Origin: Felis catus
Taxonomy: Eukaryota
Assembly: GCF_018350175.1 (NCBI RefSeq)
Contig: NC_058368.1
Span: forward strand, 18,044,001-18,108,000
Reading direction: 5' to 3'
Length of the DNA: 64,000 bases
How positions within the stretch are numbered: the first letter of the stretch is position 1; each line of letters begins with the position of its first letter. Made by a program: the position numbers and the translations under genes. Positions 13,761-26,382 of the stretch are shown here, piece after piece. The notes beneath the pieces were generated by a model that was not told the origin of the DNA, did no database searches, and saw nothing but the letters and a program-made list of their open reading frames with translations.

Positions 13761-14816
13761 AGGGAAGGTGGTGAAGTTGGAGGCACCTGTAATCTGTCTC
13801 TGCACCAAGACAAAAATTGCACTGACAGAATCCGTCTCCCTCTCAAAATAAATAAATAAAACTTAAAGTGCTCAAAGAAGAAAAAAAATCAAGATGGTCT
13901 TTCAAAAGTGAGGGCATTCTTTCACAAAAATGAGACCTTCCCAAATAAAATAAAGCTGAGGGAGCTCATTACTACTAGCCCTGCCCTGTAAGAAATGCTC
14001 AAGGGAGCCCTGCAGGGTGAGATGTAAGGACAGTAGACAGTAACTCCAAGCTTTATGAAGAAATAAACATCTCGATAAAGGTAAACACACAAGCAACTAA
14101 AAGTCAGTATTGTAACAAATGTTTGAACTCCACTTTTTGTTACATGATTTAAGAGCCTAAAATCTTCTAAAAAAAATATTTGCTGTAAAAGCTAGCATTG
14201 TTGTGACTTTGGTTTGTAATTCCATTTTTTGTCTACATGATGCATTTAAGAGGCTAATGCATTTAAAATAATTATTAGTTTGTATTTCGTGACATCAGCT
14301 ACTGACAGGGTGGAGGTGGAGCTGTAAAGGAGCAGAGGTTGTTTTGTAGGTTATTGACGTTAGCTGGTATAAAGTCAAATTAGAGTGTTACATAATTTTC
14401 AGACCTTAAACGTAATCCCCATGGGAAACACAAAGAAAATAGCTAAATATACACAAAAAAAATGAGAATTGAAATGTTGCATTCACTATAAAAACCAACT
14501 TAAAAAAAGACAATAATGCAGGAAATGAGACAACAAAAGACTATAAGGTATATAGAAAATAATAGCAAAATGGTAGAAGTAAGTTTCTTCTTACCAGTAT
14601 TTACCTTGAATATAAACAGATTAAATTCTCCAATAAACAAATAAGAGATTGGCAGAATGGATAAAACTACAAGATGCAACTATATGCTGTCTACAGGAGA
14701 CTTACTTTACATATAAAGACACATAATGAAAGTGAAAGGGAGGAGAAAGGTAATCCATGTAAATACTAACCAGAAGAGAGCAAACGTGGTGATAACATCA
14801 GACAAAATAAACTTTA

Positions 14817-16006
14817 TTATTATTTTTTTTAATATATGAAATTTATTGTCAAATTGGTTTCCATACAATACCCAGTGCTCATCCCAAAAGATGCCCTCTT
14901 CAATGCCCATCGCCTACCCTCCCCTCTCTCCCACCCCCCATCAACCCTCAGTTTGTTCTCAGTTTTTAAGAGTCTCTTATGCTTTGGCTCTCTCCCACTC
15001 TAACCTCTTTTTTTTTTCTTTCCTTCCCCTCCCCTATAGGTTTCTGTTAAGTTTCTCAGGATCCACATAAGGGTGAAAACATATGGTATCTTTCTCTGTA
15101 TGGCTTATTTCACTTAGCATCACACTCTCCAGTTCCATCCACGTTGCTACAAAGGGCCATATTTCATTCTTTCTCATTGCCACGTAGTACTTTATTGTGT
15201 ACATAAACCACAATTTCTTTATCCATTCGTCAGTTGATGGACATTTAGGCTCTTTCCACAATTTGGCTATTGTTGAGAGTGCTGCTATAAACATTGGGGT
15301 ACAAGTGCCCCTATGTATCAGTACTCCTGTATCCCTTGGGTAAATTCCTAGCAGTGCTATTGCTGGGTCATAGGGTAGGTCTATTTTTAATTTTTTGAGG
15401 AACCTCCACACTGTTTTCCAGAGTGGCCGCACCAGTTTGCATTCCCACCAACAGTGCAAGAGGGTTCCCGTTTCTCCACATCCTCTCCAGCATCTATAGT
15501 CTCCTGATTTGTTCATTTTGGCCACTCTGACTGGCCTGAGGTGATATCTGAGTGTGGTTTTGATTTGTATTTCCCTGATGAGGAGTGACGTTGAGCATCT
15601 TTTCATGTGCCTGTTGGCCATCTGGATGTCTTCTTTAGAGAAGTGTCTATTCATGTTTTCTGCCCATTTCTTCACTGGGTTATTTGTTTTTCGGGTGTGG
15701 AGTTTGGTGAGCTCTTTATAGATTTTGGATACTAGCCCTTTGTCCGATATGTCATTTGCAAATACCTTTTCCCATTCCGTTGGTTGCCTTTTAGTTTTGT
15801 TGATTGTTTCCTTTGCAGTGCAGAAGCTTTTTATCTTCATGAGGTCCCAATAGTTCATTTTTGCTTTTAATTGCCTTGCCTTTGGGGATGTGTCAAGTAA
15901 GAAGTTGCTGCGGCTGAGGTCAGAGAGGTTTTTTTTCCTGCTTTCTCCTCTAGGGTTCTGATGGTTTCCTGTCTCACATTCAGGTCCTTTATCCATTTTG
16001 AGTTTA
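14817..16006 (-). mobile_element. 5'-truncated young L1 (1.19 kb) with TSD AGACAAAATAAACTTTA (14800-14816 / 16007-16023)
   Basis: Near-identical to the 3' end of the full-length L1; ORF 15034..15996 is the ORF2 C-terminus; inserted in an older L1. Confidence 0.95.
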
Positions 16007-16624
16007 AGACAAAATAAACTTTAAGTCAAAAATTATTATAGGAGATAAACAAGGGCAATTGGATATTAATCAAAGGTTCAATACAGCAAGAACATAAAAC
16101 AATTATTAAACTTAACTGATGACAAACAGCAAAATATATGAAGCCAAAACTAACAGAATTGAAGGGAGAAATAGATCTGTATTTATAGTTGGAGACTTCA
16201 ATAACCTATTTACATTAATAGAATAATCAGACAGAAGTTGACACAGTCAACTGATGAGATCTAATGAACGTATACAGAGCACTCTACCCAACAAAAACAA
16301 CAAAAACAACAGTGTACACGTTCTTCTGAAGTACACATTGCTCATTTTCCATGGTAGTTGTATGTTAGGCCACAAACTGATCTTAGTATATTTTAAAAGA
16401 TAGACATGATACAAACTGTCCTCTCTGACCACAACAGGATAAAGTTACAAATCAGTAGCAAAAAAAAAACTGAATTTACTCACAAATCTATAGAAATTTA
16501 ATCATAAACTACTTAGAGACAAATGAAAATGAAAACACAACATGTCAAAACTTACAGGATGCAGTGAAAGTGGTATCAAGGGGAAACTTTATAGCTATAA
16601 ATACTTACATTTAAAAATCAAGAA

Positions 16625-16808
16625 AGGCCCCTGGGTGGCTCAGTGGATTGAGCATCCAGCTTTTGATTTCAGCTCAGGTCATGATCCCTGGGTTGTGGAG
16701 CTCTGTGCTGAGTGTGGAGCCTGCTTAAGATTCTCTCTCTTTCCTTCTACCCCTCTCCCCTGCTTGCAATCTCACTCTCTTTCTCTCTCAAAAAACAAAA
16801 TAAAATAA
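16625..16808 (+). mobile_element. SINEC (older subfamily)
   Basis: ctgggtggctcagtgg...gcctgcttaagattctctc. Confidence 0.85.
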
Positions 16809-17463
16809 GAAAGATGTCAAATCATCAACTAACTTTACACCTTCAGGAATGAGAAAAGAATACACTGAACTCAAATCTAACACAAAGGAAATAATAAAGA
16901 CTAGAGCAGTCTTTATTCTAATCTAAATGGAGATTAGAAAAACAAAGAGAAAATCAGTCAAACCAAAATATGGTTCTTTGAATATGTCAACGAAATTGAC
17001 AAACCGTTACCTAGTCTAGACTAAGAAAAAAGAGAAGATTCATATTACTAAAATTAGAAATGAAAGTGAGACATTACTACCAATTGTATGGAAATAAAAA
17101 GGACTTTAAGAGAGTATTAATGAACAACGATATGCCAACAAATTGGATAATCAGATAAAATGGACAAATTCCTAGAAATACAAAAGCTACCAGGACTCAT
17201 GAAGAATTAGATTGAATAGACCTATAACTAGTAGAGAGATCAAATCAGTAATCAAAAATCAATTGCACACCCACTCTGCAAACAAAAGCCCTAGATCTCA
17301 TGGCTTCACTGGTGAGTTCTACTAAACATTTAAAGAACTACTATCAGTCCTTCTCAAACTTTTTTTAAAAATTGAAGAGGAGGGAACACTTCTTAACTCA
17401 TTCCATGAGGCCAGTCTTACCCTGAAACCAAAGCCAGAAAAAGACACAAGAAAAGGAACTAGA

Positions 17464-17680
17464 GGGGCGCCTGGGTGGCTCAGTCGGTTGAGTGTCCGAC
17501 TTTGGCTCAGGTCATGATCTCATGGCTTGTGAGTTCGAGCCCCACGTCGGGCTCTGTGCTGATAGCTCAGAGCCTGGAGCCTGCTTCCGATTCTGTGTCT
17601 CCCTCTCTCTCTGCCCCTAACCCACTCGCTGTCTCTGTCTCTCTCAAAAATAAACATTAAAAAAAAATTAAAAAAAAAAG
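17464..17680 (+). mobile_element. SINEC
   Basis: ggggcgcctgggtggctcagtcgg; gaactaga repeated on both flanks. Confidence 0.9.
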
Positions 17681-18088
17681 AACTAGAGACCAATATCTCT
17701 CATGAAACCTATGCAAAAATCATCAGCATAATACTAATGAACCAAATTAGGAAGCATATTAAAAAGATTTTACACCATGATCAAGTGAGATTTATTCCTG
17801 GAATGCATATGAAAGTCACACAATATAGTTATCATTTAACAAATGGAAAAAAAAAACATGGTCATCTCAATTGATGCAGAAAAAGCATTTGACAAAATTC
17901 AGCACCCTATCATGATAAAAAACACTCAACAAACTAAGAATTGAAGGAAACTATCTCAACATAATACAAAACTTCCAGCAAACATCATGCTCTTTTCCTA
18001 AAGGAAAAGACTAAAATATTTTCCTTTAAGATCAGGAACAAGGCAAGGATGCCCACTTTCACCACTTCTGTTAAAAATAGTGTTGAAG

Positions 18089-18297
18089 TGGGGTGCCTGG
18101 GTGGCTCAGTCAGTTAAGTGTCTGACTTCAGCTCAGGTCATGATGTCACTGCTCGTGAGCTCCATGTTGGGCTCTGTGTTGACAACTCAGAGCCTGGAGC
18201 CCACTTTGGATTCTGTGTCTCCCTCCCTTTCTGCCTCTCCCCTACTCGTGCTCTGCCTCTCTCTCTCAAAAATAAATAAACATTAAAACAAACAAAC
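18089..18297 (+). mobile_element. SINEC
   Basis: Head and tail present; degenerate TSD aaaatagt.ttg.aagt. Confidence 0.9.
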
Positions 18298-19319
18298 AAA
18301 ATAGTCTTGCAAGTTCTAGCCATAGCAGTTAGTTAAGAAAGAGAAACAAAAGTTACCCAAATTGGAAAGGCAAAAGTAAAATTGTCTTTGTAGATGATGT
18401 GATCTTATATGTAGAAAACCCTAAAGATTCTAGCAAAAAAATGAACAAACAAAAAAAAAAAACTAGTGAGTGACTTCAGCAAAGTAGCAGGGTGTAAAAT
18501 CAATACCAAAAAATCCGTTACATTTCTATACACTAACAATGGAAAGGAAATTATGAAAAAATTCTATTTATAATAGCATTAAAAAGAATTAAATGCTTAG
18601 GAATTAACCAGGGAGATGATAGACTTGTACAATGAAAACTATAAATGTTGCCGAAAGAAATTGAAGAGGACATGAATCAATGGAAAGACATCCCATGTTC
18701 ATAGATTAGAAGACTTTCTATTATTAAGATATCAATTCAAAACAATTATAGATTCAGTATAATTCTTACCAAAATCTCAAGGACATTTTTTTCAAAAATA
18801 GAAAAACCCATTCTATAATTCATGTGGAATCTCACAGGATCCTGCATAGCCAAAACAATCTTGAAAAAGAAGAAAGCTAGAGGATTCACATTTCCTAATT
18901 TCAGAACTTAATACAAAGCAACAGTAATGAAAACAATGTAGTATTAACATAAAGGCAGATACATAGCGCAATGAAATAGAATAGAGAACCCAGGAATAAA
19001 CCCTTGCTTTTATGGTCAAAAGATTTTTGGAAAGGATGCCAAGACCATTCTATGGGGAAAGGACAGTCTTTTTTTAACACGGTGTTGTGAAAACTGGATA
19101 ATCACATGCAAAAAATGAAGTTAGACCCTTATCTAACACCATATACAAAAATTAACTCAAGTAAGATCAAAGACTTAAAGGTAGACCTAGAATTATAAAA
19201 TTCTTAAAATAGGACAAAAGCCTCACAACATTGTCACTATTTGGAACACATAGAATATATGAGGACTTTCAAAACTCAACAACAACAAAATAGTCTGACA
19301 CAAAAATAGGTAAAAGATA

Positions 19320-20185
19320 AATAGCACACATGGAACATTTTCTAGGATAGAAATAAGGTAGGCTACAAAAGAAATCTTAGCAAATTCAGAGACTTAAACT
19401 ATATCAGCTATCTTCCCTGACCACAATGATATGAAACTGAAATCAGTAACGAGGAAAACTGGAAAATTTAACATGGAAATTGAACAACACACTCCTGATC
19501 AACCAAGGGATCAAAGAAGAAATTAAAAGGGAAATAAAAAAGTTTCTTGAGACAAATGAAAATGGAAATACTATATACCAGAAGTAATGGGATACAGCAA
19601 AACCAGTTCTAAGAGGGAAGTTCATAGCAATAAACACTTACGTTAAGAAGCAAGCGAAAGCCCAAGTAACCTTCCTGTACACCTTGGGGAACGATAGAAA
19701 GAACAAACTGAGCCCAAAGTTAACAGAAGGAAAGAGATAATAAAGGTTAGAGCAGAAGTAGATGAAATACAGAACAGGAAAACAATTGGAAGGATTAACT
19801 AAACTAAGAGTTGGTTCTTTGTAAAGATGAACAAAATTGACAAACTATTAGCTAGACTCACCAAGCAAAATAGAAGACCCAAATCAAAACTATAAACAAA
19901 AAAGGAGACATTTCAACTGATTTTTTGGAAGAGTTTGAGAAAGACTGATGTGAATTCTTTAAATGCTTGGTGAAATATAACAGTGAAGCCATCTAGTCCT
20001 GGGCTTTCTTTAAAATTTTTAAACTGATTTCATCTCCTTACTAGCAGTTGGTCTATTCAGATTTTCTGTTTCACCCTAATTCAGTTTTGGCAGGTTGCAT
20101 TCCTTCTAGGTTGTCCAATTTGTTGGTATATAGTTGTACATAGTACCTCTTATGATCCTTTGTGTATTTGTCATATCAGTTGTAG
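19320..20185. mobile_element. Second old L1 ORF2 fragment: plus 19320-19921, its continuation inverted 19922-20185
   Basis: gcacacatggaacattttctaggatag (EN end); reverse complement of 19922-20185 continues ORF2 from caactgat. Confidence 0.75.
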
Positions 20186-22159
20186 TGAGCACTTAGTATT
20201 GGCCACACACACACATACACTAATGCTTAAAATGGTTACATAATAAGGAAGAAAGGAAAGAGTAATATCCCTATATGCCAGATCTCATGGGACTTATTAG
20301 TTCGGTGAATAACTAGTTCCCTTCATTTTGTGCTAACTTATTGTCTTTTGTACCCTTTTCATTGTGCCATGCTTACTTTGCAAGAACACCTTGAATTAAG
20401 CTTGTCAGTTTCTCTTTTGTATACTGACTGCTGAGCACTCCTGAAGAAAATCATGTAGACACGCAGACTAGATTTACCAAAACTCACCATCTCCAACCTC
20501 AGCGAAGCCCGCCATAATGGCAGTCGTACATATGCTTAAGCAGCCATTCCTGTTTACCTGTCACCCATTTTCTCAAATCTGTGCTTGCTCCTACTTAGAT
20601 TGCCAGCCTTTGCTAACATTGGATAATAGGCATTGTAAAATACCTTTGCCCTTACGCTATATGAGCAAAAAGTGACATCTTTTTTGGGGCGGGGGGGGGG
20701 GGGTTCAATGATTCTAGTGAGAATGAACATTGAAAATATGTTTATTGGCTGTTTGTGAGTTGCTTGTTCATGTCCTTTGCCATTTTCCTACTGGGTTTTG
20801 TCTTACTATTTTCTGATATTCTTTATACATTAGGAATATTAACTGTCACTTTTATTAGAAATATTTTCTCCAGGTCATTGTTGGCCTTTTACATTTGCCT
20901 ATAGTATTTTCTGACACATTACTTCTGGTTTTTACATAGTAAAATCTGAAGTTTTTGTTGTTGTTGGTAGTGGTAGTTTTTTTCTTCACAGGGTCGGGGT
21001 GGGGGTTCCCTTTGGGAGTATGTGATGCTTGAAAACTTCCCCACAACCAGAAAATATAGTTAGAATTTAATATATGATAGCATCTGTCAGTGGGACAATA
21101 TTAGATTATTTAATAAAGTTATTTAGATGCATGTTCTTAGGTGTTTTTGTGGCTTCATTTTTACATCAATTTTTAATCTACCTGAAGTTTATTTTTGTCC
21201 ATGCTGAGAAGGAAGGGTTTCTTTATTTTTCCCAAATGGTTATCCATTTATTCTATTTTTACTCAGACTACTAGGTTCTTATATATTTTATGTCTCTAGT
21301 AAAGTTAAAATAGAAGTTGCAAGAAAATAAGAAAATAAAATGGATAAAGAGGATGGCATCTTTCAATTAAAACCTAGAACAATATAGGGTATAAATGGGG
21401 GGGGGAATTAATTGTAATTTGAATATTTTAAGTGCAAGTTATGTGAGTTTATAGCAGTGGATGGGTTTTGACTATTATTGGTTACTGTTATCATTATCAG
21501 TAATTATGCCCTGAAATGTTTTTCTCAGATATGAATTGGGCTATATTTAGAGATATTTTAACATTAATCAAAATGGGAATATGATGCTGTTTATAGCTTG
21601 CATGTTGCTTACATCTGCAACCATGTCAGGGTTCTTTCAAGAATTATCCTCCTTTCATTAAATTTTACTGTTCCATATTTTATATTAATTATATTTTTTT
21701 CTTATTCTGCATCTTGTAAATCATTCACTTCTTTTACAAAGATTCTACCCTTATAAGGAAAACAACACTTACTCAGAATGGTCTTCATTAGCAAAGCACC
21801 CAAGTGGAAATTTTTGTTAATAAAATTTTAAGTAAGTGAAAAAAATAAATACACAAATAAAATAAAAATTTAAGTATATGGTAAAATTATTAGGAAGAGT
21901 AGCCTTTAAAATAAAGGTATTGCCAGAAATGAACTCTCTTTATATGATTCCTTCTGTGCTTTTAAAAAGACATATTTGGACACTAATTCTTTATTCGCTA
22001 TAAAAAATACATTCAAGGACATCATTTTATTGACAGTTGTATCTTTTCCCTAACAAAGCAGTTTGCAGCACTTGAGAGTATCCAAGTGTGTGCGCTCCCT
22101 CCTTATCACCTCTCTTGAAACGTTCATAACTGCAAAGCCAGCAATGTCTAAAGGGAATT

Positions 22160-22635
22160 CAGTCTTCCTCGACTTACGACGGGGTTGTGTCCCAAAAATA
22201 TCCTAAGTTGAGAATGCATTTAATACACCTAACCTACATCATAGTTTAGCCTAACCTATCTTAAACATGCTCAGAACACTTACATTAGCCTGCAGTTGGG
22301 CAGCATCATCTAATACAAAACCTATTTCATAATTAAAGCATTGAGTATGTCATGTAATCTCTTGAATATCGTACCGAAAGTGAGACAGAAACTGGTTGTG
22401 TGCTCACAGAGTGGTCATCAGTTGTTTACTCTTGTGACCGCCTGGCTGACTGGGAGCCGCTGCTTGCTGCTTCTGCCCCGCGTCACAGGAGAGAAGTGCA
22501 CTGCCTGGTGATAGCCCGGGGAAAAAATCAAAATTCAGAATTTGAAATACAGTTTCTACTGAATGCGTATTGCTTTCACACGGTTGTAAAGTCAAAAAAT
22601 TCTAAGTTGGACCACCATAAGTCAGGAACCGTTTA
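22160..22635. mobile_element. TcMar-Tigger DNA transposon relic (MER47/Tigger5-like)
   Basis: Imperfect terminal inverted repeats (ttcctcgacttacg ... cataagtcaggaa); internal aatgcatttaatacacctaacctac and ttctactgaatgcgtattgctttc as recalled for MER47. Confidence 0.8.
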
Positions 22636-22815
22636 TGTGTATCTGTGCTGCAAAATACACAGTGCCATATCAATTTAAGCTAGACAGGCGTTGGCTAAAA
22701 TTCTTTTCACTATAGTGGTGTTATAATTCTAATTTAACATGTGTCATAAATGAAACCCAAATAAAATTAATAGTAGTCAGGGTTAATTTACTCAGTCCTC
22801 TGGAAAAACAAAACA

Positions 22816-22885
22816 AAACTAAACTAAACTAAACTAAACTAAACTAAACTAAACTAAACTAAACTAAACTAAACTAAACTAAACT
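22816..22885. repeat. (AAACT)14 perfect pentanucleotide microsatellite
   Basis: Direct read. Confidence 0.95.
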
Positions 22886-23810
22886 AAATGGTCCTTTAAA
22901 TAAATTGTGACTTCAATTCTAGTATTTAGTTTGTGTTTGGAATCTTCTTTTACTGTTCGAAATGTAGTAAATGGACCAGAAGCTTAGCCGTCACTTCTGA
23001 GCTTCTTAGACGTTCAAAAATCTTAGGCTTGCCTAGACCTACTGAATCCGAATATGCATTTGAAGGTTCCCTGATCATCCGTACGCATGTTAAAGTTTGA
23101 GAAGTGCTGTCCTACATGAAGAGTTTGAGTTTTACATTATTCCTTACAGATTGTTCTGCCAGGAAAAACAGAAACAGTATTCTCAGCTAAAATGCTTTTT
23201 AAATTTTAAATAAAATTGTGTTAAATAAAAAGTTGTAATTATTTGAAGTTATCTCAAACAAATGTTAGTTTGCATTTTAAGATTTATCTTGGGTATTTTT
23301 ATCGACTTAAGAACTTTAATTCCATAAGTAAATATGTAGGACAAGAGGGAATTTTTGGAGGTGATGGATATGTTTTATGGCATCGAATTTGGTGATGGTT
23401 TCATGGGTGTATGTGTATCTCCAAACTCACCAAATTATATACGTTAAGTAAGTACACCTGTTTGTTATGTCAATCATACCTCTCAACAAAGTGGTTTTAA
23501 AAAACACCTTAGTTCTATGTATTGTCAGTTGCTAGAACATATATGCATGCAGATAGAGCAAAAGGAGTCTATATATAAAATGAAGAAGTCAGTTTAAAAA
23601 TAGGAGGGTTGTTTTTTTTTTGGTTGGTTTTTTTATTTTTGAAAGTAGATGGGTGAGTGGCCTTCTAAGAAGCTACAGAACAGAAAATTAGAGGACTTTA
23701 AATGGAAGATATTTGAAAAATAAAACTAAAGTTGACAGTGGAATAAAGGCTTAACAGTTTTTGTAATTTGTATGGTGCAGCCTTTTCATTTTCTTTGAAA
23801 AAAAATCAGA

Positions 23811-24023
23811 GGGGCGCCTGGGTGTCTCAGTCGGTTAAACGTCTGACTCTTGGTTTTCAGCTCAGGCCATGATCTCACAATTTGTGAGATCAAGCTGGGC
23901 GTCATTGGGCTCCACCCTGACAGCATGGGGCCTGCTTGGCATTCTCTCTCTCACTCTCCCTCTGCCCTTCCCCTGCTTGTGCACGCTCTGTCCCCAAATA
24001 AATAAACTTTAAAAAAAAAAAAA
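23811..24023 (+). mobile_element. SINEC
   Basis: ggggcgcctgggtgtctcagtcgg head, A tail. Confidence 0.9.
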
Positions 24024-24124
24024 ACATCTACCTATAAAAGGGATGAAAAGTGTCATAATAAACAGTCACAGGAAGTACAACTCTGTTTAGTTTCTAGCGG
24101 TATACATTTTTTAAAAAGAGAGTT

Positions 24125-24415
24125 TCTACATAAGGGAAGGGAAGGAAAAACAATATAAAAACAGGGAGGGCGACAAACCATAAGAGGCTCTTAAATATAG
24201 AGAACAAACCGAGGGTTGCTGGAGGGGTTGTGGGTGGGGGGATGGCTAAATGGACAAGGGGCATTAAGGAAGACACTTGGGATGAGCACTGGGTGTTATA
24301 TGTAGGGGATGAATCACTGGATTCTACTCCTGAAATCATTATTGCACTATATGCTGAGTAACTTGGATGTAAATTAAAAAAAAAAAAAAAGCCAATAAAA
24401 AAAGTTAAAAAAAGA
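24125..24415 (+). mobile_element. Carnivore L1 3'UTR fragment with A-tail
   Basis: gagaacaaaccgagggttgctggagggg...gggatgagcactgggtgtt. Confidence 0.85.
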
Positions 24416-24649
24416 GATGTTCTAATATGTGGAATATGAAATTTTCAGTAGACTAAACGTTTTTAAATGTGAGATTTTTATAGTTCAACTTTATCAATTG
24501 GAAAATGTACATAAAACTTATGTGTTTTTCATAAAGCTCTTTTGTACATTAATTATTAATGGCCATGTTGTTTATGAATTTTGGATACTTTTATAATCCA
24601 TTGTTGATTTTCAGTGCTTACAAAATATAAACAAAAAGATCAAAAGAAC

Positions 24650-25950
24650 TTTCTTTTTAAGTGGCGATGTAACTGACAGTACACAAATCTTAAGTGTATA
24701 GTTAGTTGAATTTTTGTATTTCTGTATGCTCATTTATCTCCACCCAGATCAAGGCATCAAACATTTCCAGCATCTCAGAAAGCTTCTTTATGCCTTTACT
24801 CAGTCCCCCCAAGGCAAACCATTATCTGACTTTTATTTCCTATTTTTGTGTGCTATTCAAATTCACATAAATAGATACATGCTTTTTCCAACTTTTTTGG
24901 ATCTGACTCCTTTCAATTTAACATATCTTTAAGATTCACCCATGTTGTCTGCAGTAGTTATTTTTCAGTTATTGTGTAATAATTCAGTTTTAGAAATGCA
25001 CCACGGTGTATTGATGGACACTGGATTGTTTCCAGTTCTTAGGTACTGTAAATAAGGATCCAGTGAATATTCTTGTACATGTCTTTTGATGGATGTAAGT
25101 TTTCATTTCTCTCGTGTGTATACACAGGAATGGAATGTCTGGGTGATGGGATTGATAATGTTAGTAGATACCACCAGGCATCTTTTAAAGCGTGTGTACC
25201 AGTTTAGTCCACCAGAAACGTGTGAGAATTTCGTTTGTTCCACATCCTCTCCAGTACTTAATAGTGCTGATCTTTTCAGTTTCAGCCATTGTGGAAATTA
25301 TGTGGTGGTATTTCATTTGTGATTTGCACTTTCCTGAAGACTATAAAGATGTTGAACAGTCTTTCATATGTTTATTGGTTGCTGGATATACTCTCTGTGA
25401 AGTGTCTTTTGAAGTCTGTTACCCAGTTTTCTATTGGGTTATCTATTTTTCTTACTGATTTGTAAGATTTTTTTTTTAAATGTGTTCTGGATAAAAGGAA
25501 GCATTACAAATATTTTCTCCCAATTTAACGTGTCTTTTCACTCTCTTAGTGGAGTATTTTGATGAACAGAATTTCTTCACTTTAATTTTGTTCTGTATCC
25601 TGACTTTTATTTATCTAATCTCTTCCTGCCCTTAGGTTATGAAGTTATTCTTACATGTTTTTTTCTAAGAAGCTTGGTTTCTTTAGTTTCCACATTTAGG
25701 TCTTTGATCCATCTCAGATTAATTTTTAACTATGCGATGAGGTAGTGGTCAAGGTTAATTTTTTTTCCCATATGAATATCTAGTACATCAAGCACCATTT
25801 ATTATAAAGGTAATCCTTTCCCACTGAATTGCAGTGGAAACTGTCAGAAATCGCAAGACCATATATGCGTGGATTTGTTTTGTGAATGTTTATTCTCCTC
25901 CCATTGGTTTATTTGTCTGTCCGTTTACCAGTACCACGCTGTCCCGTATA
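24650..25950 (-). mobile_element. Ancient L1 3' region, antisense
   Basis: gattcacccatgttg, ggattgtttccagtt, ccacatcctctccagtactt, agcaccatttatt blocks. Confidence 0.75.
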
Positions 25951-26382
25951 ACACTTAACCATTAGAAATCCATTTCACTTGGATGAAATTAAGTTGCAGT
26001 GATAGGAGGATGTTAATTAGATACTTTTCTACTTTAGAGTTTCTTTCCATTATTTTTACTACATTATTATAAAATTATAGATTTTATTTATCTGACATCT
26101 GCCACAGTTTTCATTTGCTTTTGAAGCATAATTCTGACCCAGGGCTAATCTGGTATGTGTAAAAGCACTTCATAGAAGGTCCGTTTGTTAAATGAAGTGA
26201 GTTCAAGTAGTACTTGTATCATTTGTCATTGGCTCTAACTAAGGCATGAGTTTTGTTTGAATTTTGCAGCTTTTACAGACCTTAATTCAAGGGGATCAAA
26301 AAAGGTTCTCTTCAGCTATCTCCTATTGGTGCATGAAATTTCTGTCACTAGCCTTCTGTATGGCGATTGAAAATGAAATTTT

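Larger units (their letters stand above)
13760..19320 (+). mobile_element. Old degraded L1 (5' end fragment, ORF1 end, most of ORF2), interrupted by a young L1 and several SINEs
   Basis: Decayed ORF2 motifs: tatatgctgtctacaggagact, gatgcagaaaaagcatttgacaaaattc, aggaacaaggcaaggatgccca, gtagatgatgtgat. Confidence 0.85.

Noticed and set aside
15034..15996. 320-aa ORF as a gene
   Set aside because: ORF2 C-terminal remnant of a 5'-truncated L1, with out-of-frame ends and no promoter.
22816..22885. Regular repeat as a CRISPR or telomeric array
   Set aside because: Simple AAACT microsatellite with no spacers; eukaryotic context; not TTAGGG.
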